A DNA stretch of 64,000 nt, taken from Pyrinomonadaceae bacterium (GTDB taxonomy: Bacteria; Acidobacteriota; Blastocatellia; Pyrinomonadales; Pyrinomonadaceae). Made by a program: the position numbers and the translations under genes. The stretch is taken from positions 1,756 through 65,755 of the forward strand of contig JBPCMK010000103.1 of the NCBI GenBank assembly GCA_051002375.1. The letters are read 5' to 3'. A model generated the notes under the pieces. It worked only from the letters and a program-made list of their open reading frames with translations. It searched no databases and was not told the DNA's origin. Position 1 is the first letter of the stretch; each line of letters starts with the position of its first letter. Shown here in pieces: positions 62,353 through 64,000 of this stretch.

Positions 62353-63849
62353 ATGAGAACTCAGGCGATTACTGAAAATTTTCAAGAAGCAAATGTAGAT
62401 GCGTTGGCGGTTGCCGTCTTTAAAGGCGAAAAGACGAGCGGCGGAATCTTAAAAGATTTGGATAAACTGACCGGCGGAAACATCGCTTCGGTCATCAAGT
62501 CCGAAGAATTCAAGGGCGAGAGCGGTGATGTGGCGTATTTTCTTTTCGAGCCGAAAGGGAAAATCAAAGCGAGTCGGCTGTTGCTCGTCGGCATTGGCGA
62601 CCGCGCTGATTATAAAACGCCGGACGCGGCAGTTTTAGCGGGAACGGCGGCGCGATATTTGCGAAAACGCAGCGTCAGAAGTTTCGCGCTCGCGGCGCGT
62701 CTCGAAGGCGACGCGGCGGACGTTGCCGCGAGCGCGGCACAGGGCGTTGTTGCCGGCGAATTTGAACTCGACAAATACCGAAAAGACAAAAACAATAAAA
62801 CGATTGATACGTTTGTTTTATACGTTGAAGGCGCGAAGGAAAAAGATTTGAAAGACGGCTTGCGGCGCGGCGAGATTATCGGCGATTCGATGAATTTGAC
62901 GCGCGATTTGGCGAACGAGCCGCCGAACATTCTGACTCCGACCGAAATGGCAAACCGCGCTCAAAAGATGGCGAAGGAAGTCGGTTTGAAATGCGAGATT
63001 CTCGACGAAGCGAAAATGAAACGGCTCGGAATGAATTCGCTTCTCTCGGTTTCCGCAGGTTCGGCACAACCCGCGAAATTGATTATTTTGAAATACGAGC
63101 CGAAAAAATCAACCGCTAAAAAAGGCGAGATGCTCGCGCTCGTCGGCAAAGGCATCACGTTTGATACGGGCGGAACTTCCATTAAACCAGCCGAAGGAAT
63201 GGAAGCGATGAAATACGATATGTCGGGTGGCGCGACCGTTATCGGCACGATGCGGGCAATCGGACTTTTAAAGCCGACCGTGCCGGTTCTCGGTATTGTC
63301 GCGGCAGTCGAAAATATGCCGGGCGGAAACGCCTCGCGTCCGTCGGATGTCGTAACCGCATCGAACGGTAAAACCGTCGAGATTATAAACACCGATGCCG
63401 AAGGTCGTCTGGTTTTGGCTGACGCGGTGGCTTACGCCGAAAAGAACGGCGCGACGCGCATCGTTGATATGGCGACGCTGACCGGCGCGGTGATTATCGC
63501 GCTCGGCGATTTGAATACCGCCGTTCTCGGCAACGACCAGGATTTGGTTGATGAAATTATCGCTTGCGGCGCGGAGACGGGCGAAAATTTTTGGCAGCTT
63601 CCAATCAGCAAAGAATACAGCAAAGGAATTAAATCGGACATCGCCGACGTTAGAAATATCGGCACCGGACGAAAGGCTGGAACGATTATCGGCGCGGTTT
63701 TTATTCAGGAATTCATAGACAAAGCGAAATGGGCGCATCTCGACATCGCCGGAACAGCGTGGGCGGACGACGTGAAACCGCACCGCGCGAAAGGTCCGAC
63801 TGCCGTGGCGGTTCGCACGCTTTTACGGCTGGTTGAAAAATCGCAATAA
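62353..63849 (+). CDS. pepA: leucyl aminopeptidase (M17)
   Basis: VGKGITFDTGGTSIKPAEGMEAMKYDMSGGA and NTDAEGRLVLADA are the M17 metal-site motifs. Confidence 0.95.
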   Translation: MRTQAITENFQEANVDALAVAVFKGEKTSGGILKDLDKLTGGNIASVIKSEEFKGESGDVAYFLFEPKGKIKASRLLLVGIGDRADYKTPDAAVLAGTAARYLRKRSVRSFALAARLEGDAADVAASAAQGVVAGEFELDKYRKDKNNKTIDTFVLYVEGAKEKDLKDGLRRGEIIGDSMNLTRDLANEPPNILTPTEMANRAQKMAKEVGLKCEILDEAKMKRLGMNSLLSVSAGSAQPAKLIILKYEPKKSTAKKGEMLALVGKGITFDTGGTSIKPAEGMEAMKYDMSGGATVIGTMRAIGLLKPTVPVLGIVAAVENMPGGNASRPSDVVTASNGKTVEIINTDAEGRLVLADAVAYAEKNGATRIVDMATLTGAVIIALGDLNTAVLGNDQDLVDEIIACGAETGENFWQLPISKEYSKGIKSDIADVRNIGTGRKAGTIIGAVFIQEFIDKAKWAHLDIAGTAWADDVKPHRAKGPTAVAVRTLLRLVEKSQ

Positions 63850-63856
63850 ATAAATT

Positions 63857-63953
63857 ACGGATTACGAATTATGAATTACGAATTAAAAGAAAATGCCGCC
63901 TCATAATTTTGAAGTTTTTTCTCGTAATTCGTAATTCATAATTCGTAATCCGT
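63857..63953. repeat. perfect palindrome (28-bp arms) of AATTACG-type heptamers; probable pepA terminator
   Basis: 63857-63884 acggattacgaattatgaattacgaatt is the exact reverse complement of 63926-63953. 41-nt loop. Confidence 0.92.
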
Positions 63954-63959
63954 CTTTTT

Positions 63960-64000
63960 ATGAGCCGCAGCCAATCCAATCTGCTCGCTGTTCTGGCGAT
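63960..64000 (+). CDS. start of an unidentified ORF running off the right window edge
   Basis: ATG at 63960 (MSRSQSNLLAVLA...). Only 13 codons are visible. Confidence 0.25.
   Translation, partial: MSRSQSNLLAVLA

Overview
This is a 64-kb bacterial chromosomal segment. It has about 60 protein genes, one tRNA (tRNA-Gln CUG, minus strand), no rRNA and no CRISPR array. All product calls come from motifs I recognise by eye in the supplied translations; no searches were run.

Most of the window is housekeeping or envelope genes:
- pheT, a ZapB-like gene plus zapA, a YmdB-type phosphoesterase, metH, ggt
- an HlyD/MFS efflux pair, acnA, mntH, an MscS-cNMP channel, a TonB-like protein, ubiE/menG
- two Dpp/Opp-type permeases, pxpB, a beta-CASP nuclease, an XPB-like helicase with a Bax1/DUF790 nuclease
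- hrcA-grpE-dnaK, ETF-QO, a thioesterase, smpB, pepA
- large secreted proteins (a C25 peptidase and a BNR plus FG-GAP protein)

Four things stand out:
1. An AT-rich accessory island lies at about 23.6-28.9 kb. A type IIG/ISP-like restriction-modification gene survives there only as N- and C-terminal remnants. Its centre is replaced by a cassette holding a HEAT-repeat gene, an IS200/RAYT-type Y1 transposase flanked by nested inverted hairpins, and a tightly coupled three-gene module (321 aa, 70 aa acidic, 135 aa) with nuclease-like motifs and no methyltransferase. I consider this module the best candidate for an undescribed defence or toxin system. Next to it is a 42-bp tandem array of palindromes.
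2. A dispersed family of palindromes has arms built from tandem heptamers. They fill many intergenic gaps and spill into coding regions (pheT, metH, the acnA 3' end).
3. A perfect 19-bp tandem duplication frameshifts the signal-peptide region of the 1,050-aa BNR/FG-GAP exoprotein.
4. The metH leader has two terminator-like hairpins and no visible Shine-Dalgarno sequence.

The taxon cannot be determined from this window. The gene content fits an environmental Gram-negative lineage, which is inference only.
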